NCBI GenBank assembly: GCA_963666275.2 | Contig: CAXXOA010000001.1 | Coordinates: forward strand, 1,728,001 to 1,792,000 | Direction of reading: 5' to 3' | Length of the DNA stretch: 64,000 bases | Origin: Oceanispirochaeta sp. | Lineage (GTDB): Bacteria > Spirochaetota > Spirochaetia > DSM-2461 | Notes under the pieces: model-generated | Seen by the model: only the letters and a program-made list of their open reading frames with translations | Databases searched by the model: none | What the model was told of the DNA's origin: nothing | Shown: positions 10,333 through 20,652 of the stretch, piece by piece | How positions within the stretch are numbered: the first letter of the stretch is position 1 | How the letters are laid out: every line of letters starts with the position of its first letter | Position numbers and translations under genes: made by a program

Positions 10333-11427
10333 TTATTCAAAATCATAAACATATTCATTGATTCTATTGAGATTTTTACTGGAAGCTCTTGTGAACATGA
10401 CGTGAACAGAGGTATAAATTCTGCTTTGCACTCTTGTATCGACTATTTTTCCATAAGTAATAACAGGGCTTCCCTTTATAGGCTCAAAATTCAGTTTTAT
10501 AAGTTCCCCTTTTTTCAGGGGTTTGGTGGTCTGAAGAGCGCATCCGCCAGCTGAAAGATCCGTTAATGTACCCATTCTTCCCTGGTTCTTCAAGACAAAA
10601 ACTTCTTTTCTTTCTTTTTTACCGGAACCGCTTATCCGGATCTGGATGGGAAAAAAGTAACAGGGCCTTTTGATGGATTTTCGGCGGAATTTGCGCTGAT
10701 AGGCCCGATTTATTTTATTGGAGTGCTGAAGGAAGGCGCTTGTGATCCCTTTGACAGAGTTATAGCCAATCACTTTTGTGGTAAAGGTGTATTCTTCGCC
10801 GTCGGCCCCCCAGATCAGAACATCCACTTTGGACCCTTTATTCCATCGGACTTCTGTCCCGTTTCTGTTAACAGGCACCCGGGCGCAGTAAAATTCCTTC
10901 AGATTGGCAGTTACCACAGAAGAATACCTGTTCCCGTTGGGCATTTTAAATGTTATGGGCTGGCTGAGTTTCAGTTTTCTTGTTTCCGTAATCTGGGTGG
11001 ATTCGGCATAAACCCTTTCGATCAGCTGTTTTATTCTATAGATATTCAGTTTTCTCTCTTCAATAATGGAAGGGGGAGCCTCCATATGATTGATATCTCT
11101 GAGAGCCTGACCAAGGGTGTTATTCAGGGTTCTTGTATTGCTGAGAAGAGCAAAAGGTTTCGTGACATGATAGGTCTTTACAAGACCCTCCAGAAGGAGA
11201 GTCTGTTTTTTGTTCAAACCGATTCTGGCGGCTTCTTTTCTGAAAATTCTTTTACTGAACTTTTTTGATTTTCCATTCGCACTGTTGGATAACTTATTTC
11301 CGATGATCAGAAGGAGCATTGTTCCAAACATGATTCCCAGAAAAATAAAATTCTGTTTCGGATCGGATGGAGTAAAAAGTTGTCCCTTATAACGGGACGT
11401 TGACTGTAAAAGAGTTATCAGAAGCAT
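10333..11427 (-). CDS. membrane-anchored PilZ (YcgR-like flagellar brake) protein
   Basis: N-terminal TM helix; QRKFRR and DLSAGG c-di-GMP motifs. Confidence 0.8.
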   Translation of the reverse strand: MLLITLLQSTSRYKGQLFTPSDPKQNFIFLGIMFGTMLLLIIGNKLSNSANGKSKKFSKRIFRKEAARIGLNKKQTLLLEGLVKTYHVTKPFALLSNTRTLNNTLGQALRDINHMEAPPSIIEERKLNIYRIKQLIERVYAESTQITETRKLKLSQPITFKMPNGNRYSSVVTANLKEFYCARVPVNRNGTEVRWNKGSKVDVLIWGADGEEYTFTTKVIGYNSVKGITSAFLQHSNKINRAYQRKFRRKSIKRPCYFFPIQIRISGSGKKERKEVFVLKNQGRMGTLTDLSAGGCALQTTKPLKKGELIKLNFEPIKGSPVITYGKIVDTRVQSRIYTSVHVMFTRASSKNLNRINEYVYDFE

Positions 11428-11430
11428 TAT

Positions 11431-12321
11431 TTAATCACCTTTGATAATGGAATCAAAAAAACGGGGAAACCCTTCCATTCGAGGCATAATTTCATATTCC
11501 ATCAAATCGCCAAGAAGAACGGAATCTTCGTTGGAGAAGGCTTCAGCCAGTTCTTTCAGTACTTTTGACATTTCAGAGATCTCTCTTTTCAGGATTTTTC
11601 TCTGTTCCTGCTCAATCTGTTCTTCCGGTATATTGGTATAAATCCGCAGGAGCTTCTGAAATAACTCTGAAAAGCGGATTATTATCTCCATGGCTTCCTT
11701 GTCTTTTCCTGTCTGAAGCATCAGTGATACTTCCTCCATCTGAGGGAGAAGGGACTGAATGGTTTCATAGGTTTCATTTCCAGCTTTGCCAGGGTCTTCC
11801 AGTTCCTCTATTCTGCCCTGAATCACAGCACCCAGCATGATGAATCCTTCGAGAACATTTTTTACATTCTGTTCTGTCCGGTCTCCCTCGGGAAGGAATC
11901 CGTTAGAGCTGAGAAGATTCTGCATATGATTTCTGATGGAGTGACTATTGTCATCAAGAAGAATTTCAAAACTGCCTTCGATGTACTGGTACTCATGGAG
12001 GAGTTCATTCATCAGTTCCAGATTGCCTTCTTTCAGGGAATTCTGAAACATAAGAGTATATTCATACAGGGTTTTCAGGTTTTGAGCTTTAAGCTGGGGC
12101 AGGGTAAGAGCGGTAAAGTGAATTTCCTCCTGTCCTGAAAAAGGTATGCTTTCCCACTCTTCCTTATCTGTGATGAAATACTCTTTATCACTCAGGTTCA
12201 TCTCTGTGATGCTGAATCCCTGAGGGGTTAACCAGGATTCAATGGAGCTGTAAATGTCTCCCAGTGTTTTTTCATTTTCAAATATAAAATCTATTTCATC
12301 CAGGTTTATAAAAATTTTCAA
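11431..12321 (-). CDS. hypothetical protein downstream of fliD
   Basis: Long ORF; likely TTG start at 12321 after AGGAG; C-terminal D.VLLGDLMEYEI. Confidence 0.75.
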   Translation of the reverse strand: MKIFINLDEIDFIFENEKTLGDIYSSIESWLTPQGFSITEMNLSDKEYFITDKEEWESIPFSGQEEIHFTALTLPQLKAQNLKTLYEYTLMFQNSLKEGNLELMNELLHEYQYIEGSFEILLDDNSHSIRNHMQNLLSSNGFLPEGDRTEQNVKNVLEGFIMLGAVIQGRIEELEDPGKAGNETYETIQSLLPQMEEVSLMLQTGKDKEAMEIIIRFSELFQKLLRIYTNIPEEQIEQEQRKILKREISEMSKVLKELAEAFSNEDSVLLGDLMEYEIMPRMEGFPRFFDSIIKGD

Positions 12322-12331
12322 AAAAAACTCC

Positions 12332-14347
12332 TTACTGATTGTTCTGCTGATTGGAAAAACCGTCCAGGGCATTGGAACTGGATTCCAGTTGATTCAGCAT
12401 ACTTTCCATTGTTCCGTATTTTCTTTTTAAATCACTCTCATAATCAGAGAGGTATTCTTTATAGTCATCAATATCTTCATTTGTTCTATCCATATTGCCG
12501 TCAATAATGGATGTCTTATTCGCAAGTATTCCCCCGGTCTGAATATAAGGATTCAGAAAACGGTCCATCTCATAGCCCACACCGCTGTCAATAACAAGAT
12601 CCTTATCGGTATCCATACCGAAAAGTTCGCGTATGGCCGGGCTCATATTCTGAAGGGATTGATCCAGCAGATCTTCATTGATTTCAAGATACCCCCGGAG
12701 TTTACTGGCATTGATGCTTCCCCCGGTCCCACTTGCATTGGTTGAAATCCCTATCTGCGACAGCATGGACAAATCTCTTTCCAGAGATGTATTGTAGGGA
12801 GATGTGACAATCCTCTGAAGCCTGTTCTTCAACTGCATCAGAGTGATATCTCCTCTGAAGGCCCCCAGGTCTTCAAAAGCTTTCTCCCTTTCCTCATCAG
12901 AAAAATACTCGATTTCATTTATTATATCGGTATTATCTGATGATAATATAAGCAATTGTGTCATGGTCTGGTTGTAATTGTAAACAAACTCTATGATTTT
13001 ATCTTTGGCAAGCTCAGTATCTGGCTGTACGGATATATCCACTTCCTCGTCAGGATCTGCCCGATTGAGTTCAAGAGTCACTCCCGGTATAAGATCATCG
13101 ATCTGATTTGTTTCTCTTTCTACCTGAATCCCGCTGAACTCAAGTATGGCATTCTGCGCCGAGGAAAGAGCATTGGTCGGGAGATAGCCGTCAGCTGTCC
13201 GGGGATCCGTAACCCGTATATTTCCGATGGTAATTTCCTTGAAAGTATTTCTGTTATTCAGGAATAACTCATTGATGCTGCCGTTCCCGGAAAGGGGAAT
13301 ACTGACACTTTCAGAGTAGGTTCCGCTTTTCAGCTCAAGCAGATCAGTGGAGCTGCCGGAGTTCGTATCAAAATATCCGATGCTGTTGTCTGTAATCACT
13401 TCGGGAGGTGGCGGTTCCTGCCAGGGGGGAACTTCCGCAGAACTTTCGAAGCTTTCCACCCTGGCTCCTCTGAAAACCGCATCCGGTACATCGGGAAGTG
13501 ACGGTTCGGGAGGAGGTTCCGGTTTGAATTCTTCCGGATCCATCTCCTGAACAGATATATCATATTCCAGAATCATGCCGGTTTCAAAAGGAATGGCAGC
13601 TCCCAGGGGGATTGTCAGGGAGCTTTCCGGTTTCAGAGTCAGTGAGTTTTCCCCAGTCAACAGAATTTTATCTTCCGGGTAGGTAAGTCTCTGCATCTCC
13701 CTTTTAAATTGAATATCCGTAGAATCTGCTTTTGCTTCCTCCAGAATCCCATTATCCAGGGCCCATGAAAGAGTATCGTCCTTGAAGACAAGACGATTGT
13801 TTTCACCTGTCTCCTGAGATTCAAAAAGGATGACCTGTGTTGAGGATGTATCTTTTACAACTGTAATATTCAGAAGACCGTCAGTCTTCTTTTCGAGCCT
13901 TTCTCCAAAGTCTGACAGTTTTCCTCCCCTGTATCTCAGGGTGAAATCTTTCTCCCCTATAGAAATGCTATACGTCCCTTCGGGAACTCTCAGACTGTCA
14001 TCCAGGGGAGGGGATATAAAACGGTCAGCCTGTGCTGTTTTTATAACTTTAAATGTAAGATCCTGATTCGTCGCCTCTCTTGTCGCAGTAGCGGTCAGTA
14101 ATCTTTCGTTCGAGGATTCTACAGTTTTTTCGTTAAAGGGGTTTTCAAATCCGAAAAGGGTTCGGGAGGTACTTCTCAGACCGCTGATTTTACGGTTCAG
14201 ATCCTGCCAGACCTGCTTTTCTTTCTCCATTTCCGAAATAGAATCTTCCATTTCGGTCAGTTTGACTTTTTCTACATCCATCAAACCTTTTATGAGTTCT
14301 TGTGTGTTGTATTTGCTGTTTAAACCAGGGATGCTTATATCAGCCAT
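12332..14347 (-). CDS. fliD: flagellar filament cap FliD
   Basis: IPGLNSKYNT N-terminus, N.IDDLIPGVTLEL, coiled-coil C-terminus. Confidence 0.93.
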   Translation of the reverse strand: MADISIPGLNSKYNTQELIKGLMDVEKVKLTEMEDSISEMEKEKQVWQDLNRKISGLRSTSRTLFGFENPFNEKTVESSNERLLTATATREATNQDLTFKVIKTAQADRFISPPLDDSLRVPEGTYSISIGEKDFTLRYRGGKLSDFGERLEKKTDGLLNITVVKDTSSTQVILFESQETGENNRLVFKDDTLSWALDNGILEEAKADSTDIQFKREMQRLTYPEDKILLTGENSLTLKPESSLTIPLGAAIPFETGMILEYDISVQEMDPEEFKPEPPPEPSLPDVPDAVFRGARVESFESSAEVPPWQEPPPPEVITDNSIGYFDTNSGSSTDLLELKSGTYSESVSIPLSGNGSINELFLNNRNTFKEITIGNIRVTDPRTADGYLPTNALSSAQNAILEFSGIQVERETNQIDDLIPGVTLELNRADPDEEVDISVQPDTELAKDKIIEFVYNYNQTMTQLLILSSDNTDIINEIEYFSDEEREKAFEDLGAFRGDITLMQLKNRLQRIVTSPYNTSLERDLSMLSQIGISTNASGTGGSINASKLRGYLEINEDLLDQSLQNMSPAIRELFGMDTDKDLVIDSGVGYEMDRFLNPYIQTGGILANKTSIIDGNMDRTNEDIDDYKEYLSDYESDLKRKYGTMESMLNQLESSSNALDGFSNQQNNQ

Positions 14348-14364
14348 AACATCCCTGTTTGATT

Positions 14365-14694
14365 CTACGCCATCTGATCAATAAAAATACCGATCGCTTC
14401 CTTAAGGTTTTCATGCAGCCTCTGTAATTCCTGTGAGGGAATTTCCTTAACTACTTTATCGGTATTCCTATCAATGATTTTGACAATAAAGCTGTCAATC
14501 TTTTCATTAATAGAATAGCTAAACCTTGTATTTGAAGTAGCTTCATTCAGAATTCTTTTAGTTTCATTTAAATCAGGATGGGATAATTTAACTTTCTTCT
14601 GTTCCAGCTTTACCTGTTGTTTCACGTTTGCTGTCTGCTGATTCACTTTAGTAATATTAACCGGTCCTGAACTGGTTATTCTACCAATATCCAT
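14365..14694 (-). CDS. flaG: flagellar protein FlaG
   Basis: VKIIDRNTDKVVKEIPS; lies between flagellin and fliD. Confidence 0.9.
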   Translation of the reverse strand: MDIGRITSSGPVNITKVNQQTANVKQQVKLEQKKVKLSHPDLNETKRILNEATSNTRFSYSINEKIDSFIVKIIDRNTDKVVKEIPSQELQRLHENLKEAIGIFIDQMA

Positions 14695-14809
14695 TTAGAC
14701 CTCCGTGTGAAAAATAGAGGAGGGGGAGGACGCGAACTCCCCCTGCAACTATATTGAAAAAAGATAACGTCCAGAAATCTCTTTTCCCGTAGTCATTACC
14801 CTAAATATA

Positions 14810-15664
14810 TTAGCCCAGGAGCTGTAATACAGACTGAGTTCTAACATTAGCCTGAGCCAACATTGAAGAACCTGCCTGATTCAATATCTGATTTTTGGTG
14901 TAATCCACAACCTCACTGGCCATGTCTACATCACGAATCCTTGATTCAGCCGCCTGCATGTTTTCAGAAGCAATGGCTATACCTTTTGCAGCCATTTCAA
15001 ACCTGTTCTGGTAAGCACCAAGATCAGCTCTCTGCTTATTCACAGTTTTAAGAGCCTCGTCGACGATACCGATAGTTCTGTTTGCTTCTTCCACAGATGA
15101 AAGGGTAACAATTCCGCCACCACCCTGTTCATTCTGGAGTCCCAGTGCTTCTGCAGTCATTGTTCCAATAAAGATCTGTTCTTTCTGATCCATATTGGCT
15201 CCGACCTGAAGCGCCATGACATCACCAGTTACAGAGCTTTCCGCAAACCGACCTGTAAGTAGATTCATTCCATTGAACTGTGCGTGTGAAGCAATCCGGT
15301 TCATTTCATCAACAAGTTGTGAAACTTCTACCTGAATCTGCATTCTGTCTTCCGCAGTATAAATACCGTTGGAAGCCTGTACGGACAATTCTCTGACGCG
15401 GTGAAGAATATCCTGAGTCTCCTGTAGAAACCCTTCAGTTGTCTGAATAAAGGACACTCCGTTCTGAATGTTTTTCTCTGCCTGATTAAGACCTCTTATC
15501 TGAGATCTCATCTTTTCAGATACTGCTAATCCAGAAGCGTCATCCGCTGCTTTGTTGATTCTCAGACCAGAAGACAGTTTTTCCATATTCACTGCAGTCT
15601 GCTGCTGAGAAACTCCGAGTTGCCTGTTTGCATTAATGGCACTCATGTTGTGATTTATTATCAT
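14810..15664 (-). CDS. flaB: flagellin (filament core FlaB)
   Basis: MIINHNMSA...[29 protein letters not shown]. Confidence 0.97.
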   Translation of the reverse strand: MIINHNMSAINANRQLGVSQQQTAVNMEKLSSGLRINKAADDASGLAVSEKMRSQIRGLNQAEKNIQNGVSFIQTTEGFLQETQDILHRVRELSVQASNGIYTAEDRMQIQVEVSQLVDEMNRIASHAQFNGMNLLTGRFAESSVTGDVMALQVGANMDQKEQIFIGTMTAEALGLQNEQGGGGIVTLSSVEEANRTIGIVDEALKTVNKQRADLGAYQNRFEMAAKGIAIASENMQAAESRIRDVDMASEVVDYTKNQILNQAGSSMLAQANVRTQSVLQLLG

Positions 15665-15669
15665 ATCAC

Positions 15670-15748
15670 CCTCCTTGCGAAGTTATTGGCATCCATGCCT
15701 CAAACCTGTATGCACCTGACCATCGGTTAGCAATCTCGCGCCGCTTAA
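15670..15748 (-). promoter_or_regulatory. sigma28-like promoter and CsrA-type hairpin for the downstream flaB
   Basis: Minus strand TAAG-N16-ACCGATGG (15720-15747); leader hairpin GGCATGGATGCC (15688-15699) with GGA in the loop; SD GCAAGGAGG. Confidence 0.65.
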
Positions 15749-15852
15749 CCTGTGAACAGCTGAACAGGGAGATTCTCCGATTTTAGGAAAAATCGAAAAA
15801 TCTCCCAGTCCTGTGCCTACATCGGAAGGTTATGTCAAAGAACAAAACTCCA

Positions 15853-15887
15853 TGATGTTCTATGATAATAATTATCATAGAACATCA
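15853..15887. repeat. perfect 17-bp inverted repeat downstream of flaB
   Basis: TGATGTTCTATGATAAT-A-ATTATCATAGAACATCA. Confidence 0.8.
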
Positions 15888-15904
15888 GTTAACATTATAT
15901 TATG

Positions 15905-16765
15905 CTATTGGAGAAGTTGCAAGACAGATTGTGATCTCTGGTTGGCCTGAGCAAGCATAGCGTTACTGGCCTGAGTCAGTATCTGGTTCTTGGTAAAATC
16001 AACAGATTCTTTTGCCATATCCAGGTCTCTTATTCTGGACTCAGACGCCTGCAGATTTTCAGCACCAACGTCAATGCCTTTGATCGCCATTTCCAGTCTG
16101 TTCTGGTATGCACCAAGATCGGCTCTCTGTTTGTTGACAGTTTTCAGAGCTTCATCAAGAACACCGATGTTCCGGTTAGACTGTTCAGGAGTAGAGATAG
16201 ACATGATTTCTCCGGAACCGATCTGTCTGAGCCCGAGAGCTGTTGCAGTCATTGTTCCGATATAAACCTGTTCTCTCTGATCCATATTGGCTCCGATATG
16301 AAACCACATAGAAGCAGTTACAGTATTGAATCCGCTATCAGCTGCAAATCTACCTGTAAGCATATTCATTCCGTTGAACTGGGCGTGAGAGGCGACTCTG
16401 TCAAGTTCATCAACGAGCTGAGATACTTCTACCTGAATCTGCATTCTGTCTTCTGCAGTATAAATACCATTGGAAGACTGTACAGCCAGTTCTCTAACTC
16501 TCTGAATAATATCTGTAGTTTCCTGCAGAAATCCTTCAGCGGTCTGGATAAAAGAGATACCGTCAGAAGCGTTTCTGGACGCCTGGTTCAAACCTCTGAT
16601 CTGAGACCGCATCTTTTCTGATACAGCAAGACCGGAAGCATCATCACCGGCTTTATTGATACGCATACCAGAAGAAAGCTTAGCCATATTGGAAGCAGTA
16701 CTGGTGTTGGCAATGTTCAGATTCCTCTGAGAAGTCATTGCACTCAAATTGTGATTAATTATCAT
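15905..16765 (-). CDS. flaB: flagellin (filament core FlaB)
   Basis: Flagellin motifs; start reassigned to MIINHN at 16765 after GGAGG. Confidence 0.97.
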   Translation of the reverse strand: MIINHNLSAMTSQRNLNIANTSTASNMAKLSSGMRINKAGDDASGLAVSEKMRSQIRGLNQASRNASDGISFIQTAEGFLQETTDIIQRVRELAVQSSNGIYTAEDRMQIQVEVSQLVDELDRVASHAQFNGMNMLTGRFAADSGFNTVTASMWFHIGANMDQREQVYIGTMTATALGLRQIGSGEIMSISTPEQSNRNIGVLDEALKTVNKQRADLGAYQNRLEMAIKGIDVGAENLQASESRIRDLDMAKESVDFTKNQILTQASNAMLAQANQRSQSVLQLLQ

Positions 16766-16769
16766 ATAT

Positions 16770-16860
16770 TCCTCCATGAATATTTAGATAGGGCATCCTT
16801 GCCCGGCGAGGGTTCTCGCCCTCTAAATTTTGTATCGTCAGGAGGTTCAGATAAACTTGA
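16770..16860 (-). promoter_or_regulatory. sigma28-like promoter and CsrA-type hairpin for the upstream flaB
   Basis: Minus strand TCAAG-N16-GACGATAC (16832-16860); leader hairpin GGGCAAGGATGCCC (16791-16804). Confidence 0.65.
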
Positions 16861-16929
16861 AAAAAAATATTAAGTTTTTTTAAAAAAGTCCGATTAGTCG
16901 GGTTTGAATGAAGCGGCTTTAGTTAAATA

Positions 16930-18045
16930 TCATGTTTTTTCCAGAAAATTCAGGTATTCCAGGGCGATAGGATCTTCCGGTTCCAGTTCCAGGACCGTGT
17001 GGAAGAATCCTCTGGCATCCTCTTTCTTTCCCTGTTTGAGTGCGAGGATACCCATATTGGATATGACCTTCACATTTTCCGAATCCATTTCAAAAGCCTG
17101 GAGGAGGTGGGCCTCGGCAGCGGAATAATTTTCCATCTCTATTTCACAGATTGCCAGTTCATTGTAGATATCCAGTTGGGATTTATTCAATTCGAGGGCT
17201 TTCAGAAATGCCTGTTCTGCGCTGGTGAAATCAGAAAGCTTCCGGAGTGCCCAGCCTTTGAGAAACCAGGCGTTCCATACATCAGGATTCCTCTCAAGGA
17301 AAGTTTCTATCTTATCCAGTCCCTCTTTATTCCTGTCGCTCAGAATAAGCTCATGAGCTTCCTTGTAGGCATCATTCTGATGTTTGATTCTGTCTGCATC
17401 ATTGAGGAGTCTTTTAGCTTCTGCCAGTTTAACTTCATCGTCTCCGAATTTAAGATAGGAACTTGCGAGTTCCGAGGTTTGCATGAAATCCTGTTTGTTA
17501 TAGAAAAACCAGGCCGCATTGAAAAATATATCAGCTAAAGTATCTCCGAATTCCAGCATGTCCCGATAGGAGTCTTCGGCTATGTCCATATATTTCTGAT
17601 ACTCTTCGAGTCTATTGAGAGTTTTAAGGTAATTGGCCTTGTTTTCATACAGGATTGTAAGATTCAGCCTATGCCGGATATTCTCAGGTTCCAGACCTGC
17701 CAGGGCTCTGAAAATTTCCTCACCCAGATCAAAGTCCTTCACCTGGGCTTTCACAATGGCTGACTGGGTAAGCTCCTGTACAATCTGAGGTTTTACTGAC
17801 AGAACGAAATTACGATAGTATCCTATATTTTCATTGGATTTATCGTAGGCAAGAATTTTGAGCATACCGGAAAGGATCATTTCCCAGCTCAAATCCTGCA
17901 TTTTCCATTCGGAAGGGGAGATCCCGGCGGGGATTTCCACCGGAAGCAGTATGGATTGATCTATAGTGAGATCGGTATTTTCGATTTTTAGATTTTCCGG
18001 TACAGAAATCAAAACGATGGAACCGAGAGGGTTGTTGGTATTCAT
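16930..18045 (-). CDS. TPR repeat protein
   Basis: C-terminal TPR motifs (AWFLKGWALRKL, NELAICE, NMGILAL). Confidence 0.85.
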   Translation of the reverse strand: MNTNNPLGSIVLISVPENLKIENTDLTIDQSILLPVEIPAGISPSEWKMQDLSWEMILSGMLKILAYDKSNENIGYYRNFVLSVKPQIVQELTQSAIVKAQVKDFDLGEEIFRALAGLEPENIRHRLNLTILYENKANYLKTLNRLEEYQKYMDIAEDSYRDMLEFGDTLADIFFNAAWFFYNKQDFMQTSELASSYLKFGDDEVKLAEAKRLLNDADRIKHQNDAYKEAHELILSDRNKEGLDKIETFLERNPDVWNAWFLKGWALRKLSDFTSAEQAFLKALELNKSQLDIYNELAICEIEMENYSAAEAHLLQAFEMDSENVKVISNMGILALKQGKKEDARGFFHTVLELEPEDPIALEYLNFLEKT

Positions 18046-18060
18046 AATACTCCGTAATAA

Positions 18061-18861
18061 TTATTTATTGAAAAGGTAGCTGTTTATCATCATTTTGTAG
18101 TTAAGAGGAAGATCATCAAGGGCAAAAAATACAGCTACTGCCACAAGATCTCTACGGCCCTGAACTTCTTCATGGCGTAAGATTTTTCCTTTAATGATGA
18201 TATGTTCAGCCTTATCGGTAATCATTTTCACTTCAGCTGTCTTATTTATCAGAAATTTGGCATTACCCTGAATGATAACTTTGCAGCCTGAAAAGGAGAC
18301 ATCTCTGAGGATCCCTTTCCGGGGAATGGAATCAATGGAGAGTACACAGCTTTTCGATCCGAGATGAAGAAGGTTCATAGAATCGCTTGTAATCATGATT
18401 CTTTCTTCTTTTCTCTTTGTCGCATTCACATTGGCTTCAAGAAGGAATCCAAGGATCTCAATCAGGTCATCAGGGGGACGGGTGGAAAAATTTAATGAGA
18501 TAAGATAGAGCTCTGAATCATCTTTGGAAAATTTGGTAAACGAACTGACCCGTGTCTGTATAAAAAAATTGTACTCCACAGGCTTGGGGGTTTCGTCTTT
18601 AAGAAAGCTCAGTCTGAGGGGGATATTTACATCATTATCCTGCATTTCCGCAAGAAAACTTTCTGAGACATTGGCAATAACCCGGGCAGACTCCAGACTG
18701 GAACTGTACAGGATACAGGGACGGCTGCCTTCCCTCAATTTCAGGAAAACTTTTTTAGGCTGCAGCCCCGTTGTTTTACTGACATCTTTATTGAATGTAA
18801 CATCAATGGTTCTGTATTTTGAGTAAAAATCTGTAATAACCTGGTTTGTGACAATGGCCAT
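18061..18861 (-). CDS. PilZ-domain protein (PlzA-like)
   Basis: RKEER and DVSFSG motifs; spirochaete PilZN-PilZ architecture. Confidence 0.8.
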   Translation of the reverse strand: MAIVTNQVITDFYSKYRTIDVTFNKDVSKTTGLQPKKVFLKLREGSRPCILYSSSLESARVIANVSESFLAEMQDNDVNIPLRLSFLKDETPKPVEYNFFIQTRVSSFTKFSKDDSELYLISLNFSTRPPDDLIEILGFLLEANVNATKRKEERIMITSDSMNLLHLGSKSCVLSIDSIPRKGILRDVSFSGCKVIIQGNAKFLINKTAEVKMITDKAEHIIIKGKILRHEEVQGRRDLVAVAVFFALDDLPLNYKMMINSYLFNK

Positions 18862-18936
18862 ATATATTGAAAATACTACTTCTTAAAATTAAGGTCGTCA
18901 ATCTTCTAGGATGTTTTATATCTGAATAAAAATAAA

Positions 18937-19116
18937 ACCCGCAGTGCCGTTTCGGGAGTTCATCCTCTTGAACTCTATTGTTCAAGTGGGATTCCGTTCC
19001 TGAACGTCCTGTTTCTCCTCAGATGGGATAGCAATTCTGTTCAAAGCATTTAGGAAGCCCTTGGATTAGACTTGTCGCAAGAGAAAATTCCCCAAATAAA
19101 CACGAACACCGCAGGT
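18937..19116 (-). ncRNA. ssrS: 6S RNA
   Basis: ~180 nt immediately downstream of zapA. Terminal stem ACCTGCGGTGTTCGT/ACGGCACTGCGGGT and CCCACTTGAA...TTCAAG segment typical of 6S. Confidence 0.85.
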
Positions 19117-19122
19117 AAAAAA

Positions 19123-19443
19123 CTAATTTATTGTGTCATCCAGAACCTGTATGACCCGTTGAAAAGCTCTATCGATCTCCTCCTGAACATTAATACTATC
19201 AGGATCTTCTGTATCAGATACCTTTTTGTACTGATTGTTTTTGAGATTGATAAGTTCATCAACTATATAGATGCTCGACAGGATAGAAAGTTTCAACTGG
19301 TCTACAGATTTATGTTTATCTCTGGTTTCTTCTATTTTTTTATTTAAAAACCAGATGACCTGCTTAAGCTGAGTCTGATCTTCAGCCGACTTCAGCGTCA
19401 GATTCACTCCTAAAATATTTACTTTCAGCAGGTCATCTTTCAT
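19123..19443 (-). CDS. zapA: cell division protein ZapA
   Basis: VNILGVNLTLKS...KLSILSSIYIVDEL; synteny with zapB and 6S; ATG at 19443. Confidence 0.8.
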   Translation of the reverse strand: MKDDLLKVNILGVNLTLKSAEDQTQLKQVIWFLNKKIEETRDKHKSVDQLKLSILSSIYIVDELINLKNNQYKKVSDTEDPDSINVQEEIDRAFQRVIQVLDDTIN

Positions 19444-19444
19444 A

Positions 19445-20062
19445 TCAGAAAATTTCAAGATTCTGGGGGTAACCGGAATCTTTTATTTCCTCTTTTTCCG
19501 GAGTCTCTTCAGATTCCGGTTCTTCTTCCGAAGTTTCATCTGATTCTTCTTCCTCAGAAGGGGAGGAGTCAACCACTACAGTTTCCTCCTCTTCCTCCTC
19601 ATAAGGATCTTCCGCACTAATTTCCTGCTGTTCCGATTGATTGCCTGATATATCACTTATTTCTGAATCTTCAGAACTCTCCTCTTCTTCCGCAGCTGAA
19701 TCATCAACAACGGGGGCGGGCTCTGTTTCTACTGCTTCTTCTTCAACAGAAACAGTCTCATCAGAATCTGCAATTTCAGTATCTTCACTGGCTGAAATAA
19801 ATTCAGAAGCTGAATTGTCTTCTTCGGTTTCGTCCTCTGAGTCAAGCTCCGAGAACTGATTAAGAGCGTCTATGATACCTTTTTCAATCACGGCCTGTTC
19901 ACTGGTTAAATCAGATTTCAGATTTTCCAATTCCGAGATTTGTTCCTTCAGAAGGGTGTTCTCTTCATTGAGTTCCTTATTTTCTGTTTTCAGCTTTTTA
20001 ATTAATTGAACTGCATCGCTTACTTTTTTTTCCAGCAACTGAACCTGATCAAATGTTATCAT
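19445..20062 (-). CDS. zapB: ZapB-like coiled-coil protein with long acidic tail
   Basis: MITFDQVQLLEKKV coiled coil followed by an E/S/D-rich region; upstream of zapA. Confidence 0.7.
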   Translation of the reverse strand: MITFDQVQLLEKKVSDAVQLIKKLKTENKELNEENTLLKEQISELENLKSDLTSEQAVIEKGIIDALNQFSELDSEDETEEDNSASEFISASEDTEIADSDETVSVEEEAVETEPAPVVDDSAAEEEESSEDSEISDISGNQSEQQEISAEDPYEEEEEETVVVDSSPSEEEESDETSEEEPESEETPEKEEIKDSGYPQNLEIF

Positions 20063-20068
20063 AAAACA

Positions 20069-20428
20069 TTAAGCTCCTAAAGATGATTTCGCTTTTTCAA
20101 CAAGTACTGAAAAACCTTTGGGATCTTCAATAGCCATGTTGGACAGAGATTTTCTGTTGATTTCAATTCCGGCTTTGTTCAAACCGTTGATGAAACGTGA
20201 GTAGGTCATTCCCTGTTCTCTACAGGCTGCAGAGATTCTGGCAATCCAAAGCTGTCTGAAATCTCTTTTTTTGACTTTCCTGTCTCTGTAAGCATACTGA
20301 CCTGCTTTTACAACAGCATCTTTAGCTACACGGTGAAGTTTACTTCTTCTTCCCCAGTAACCTTTTGCTTCTTTCAGGATCTTTTTTCTGTGATCTTTTC
20401 TTTTCTTTCCATCTACCGCTCTGGGCAT
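20069..20428 (-). CDS. rplT: 50S ribosomal protein L20
   Basis: AKGYWG...AYRDRK...[12 protein letters not shown]. Confidence 0.98.
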   Translation of the reverse strand: MPRAVDGKKRKDHRKKILKEAKGYWGRRSKLHRVAKDAVVKAGQYAYRDRKVKKRDFRQLWIARISAACREQGMTYSRFINGLNKAGIEINRKSLSNMAIEDPKGFSVLVEKAKSSLGA

Positions 20429-20442
20429 AAATTCTTCCTTCC

Positions 20443-20640
20443 TTAACCGTAGGGTAACAATTTTTTCAGTCTGGGGATCTCAGTCTTACTGATTACATCA
20501 GGGTGTCTGAGGTTCCGTTTCCGCTTGGCAGACTTTTTGGTCAGAATATGACGGGTGGCCTGTTTTTTGTATTTTGCTTTGCCTGTACCAGTCATCTTGA
20601 ACCGTTTTGCCGCACTTTTGCGTGTCTTCATTTTTGGCAT
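20443..20640 (-). CDS. rpmI: 50S ribosomal protein L35
   Basis: [21 protein letters not shown]. Confidence 0.98.
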   Translation of the reverse strand: MPKMKTRKSAAKRFKMTGTGKAKYKKQATRHILTKKSAKRKRNLRHPDVISKTEIPRLKKLLPYG

Positions 20641-20652
20641 ATGAATCCTCTA

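Noticed and set aside
19072..19347. 91-aa plus-strand ORF
   Set aside because: Antisense to zapA and 6S RNA.
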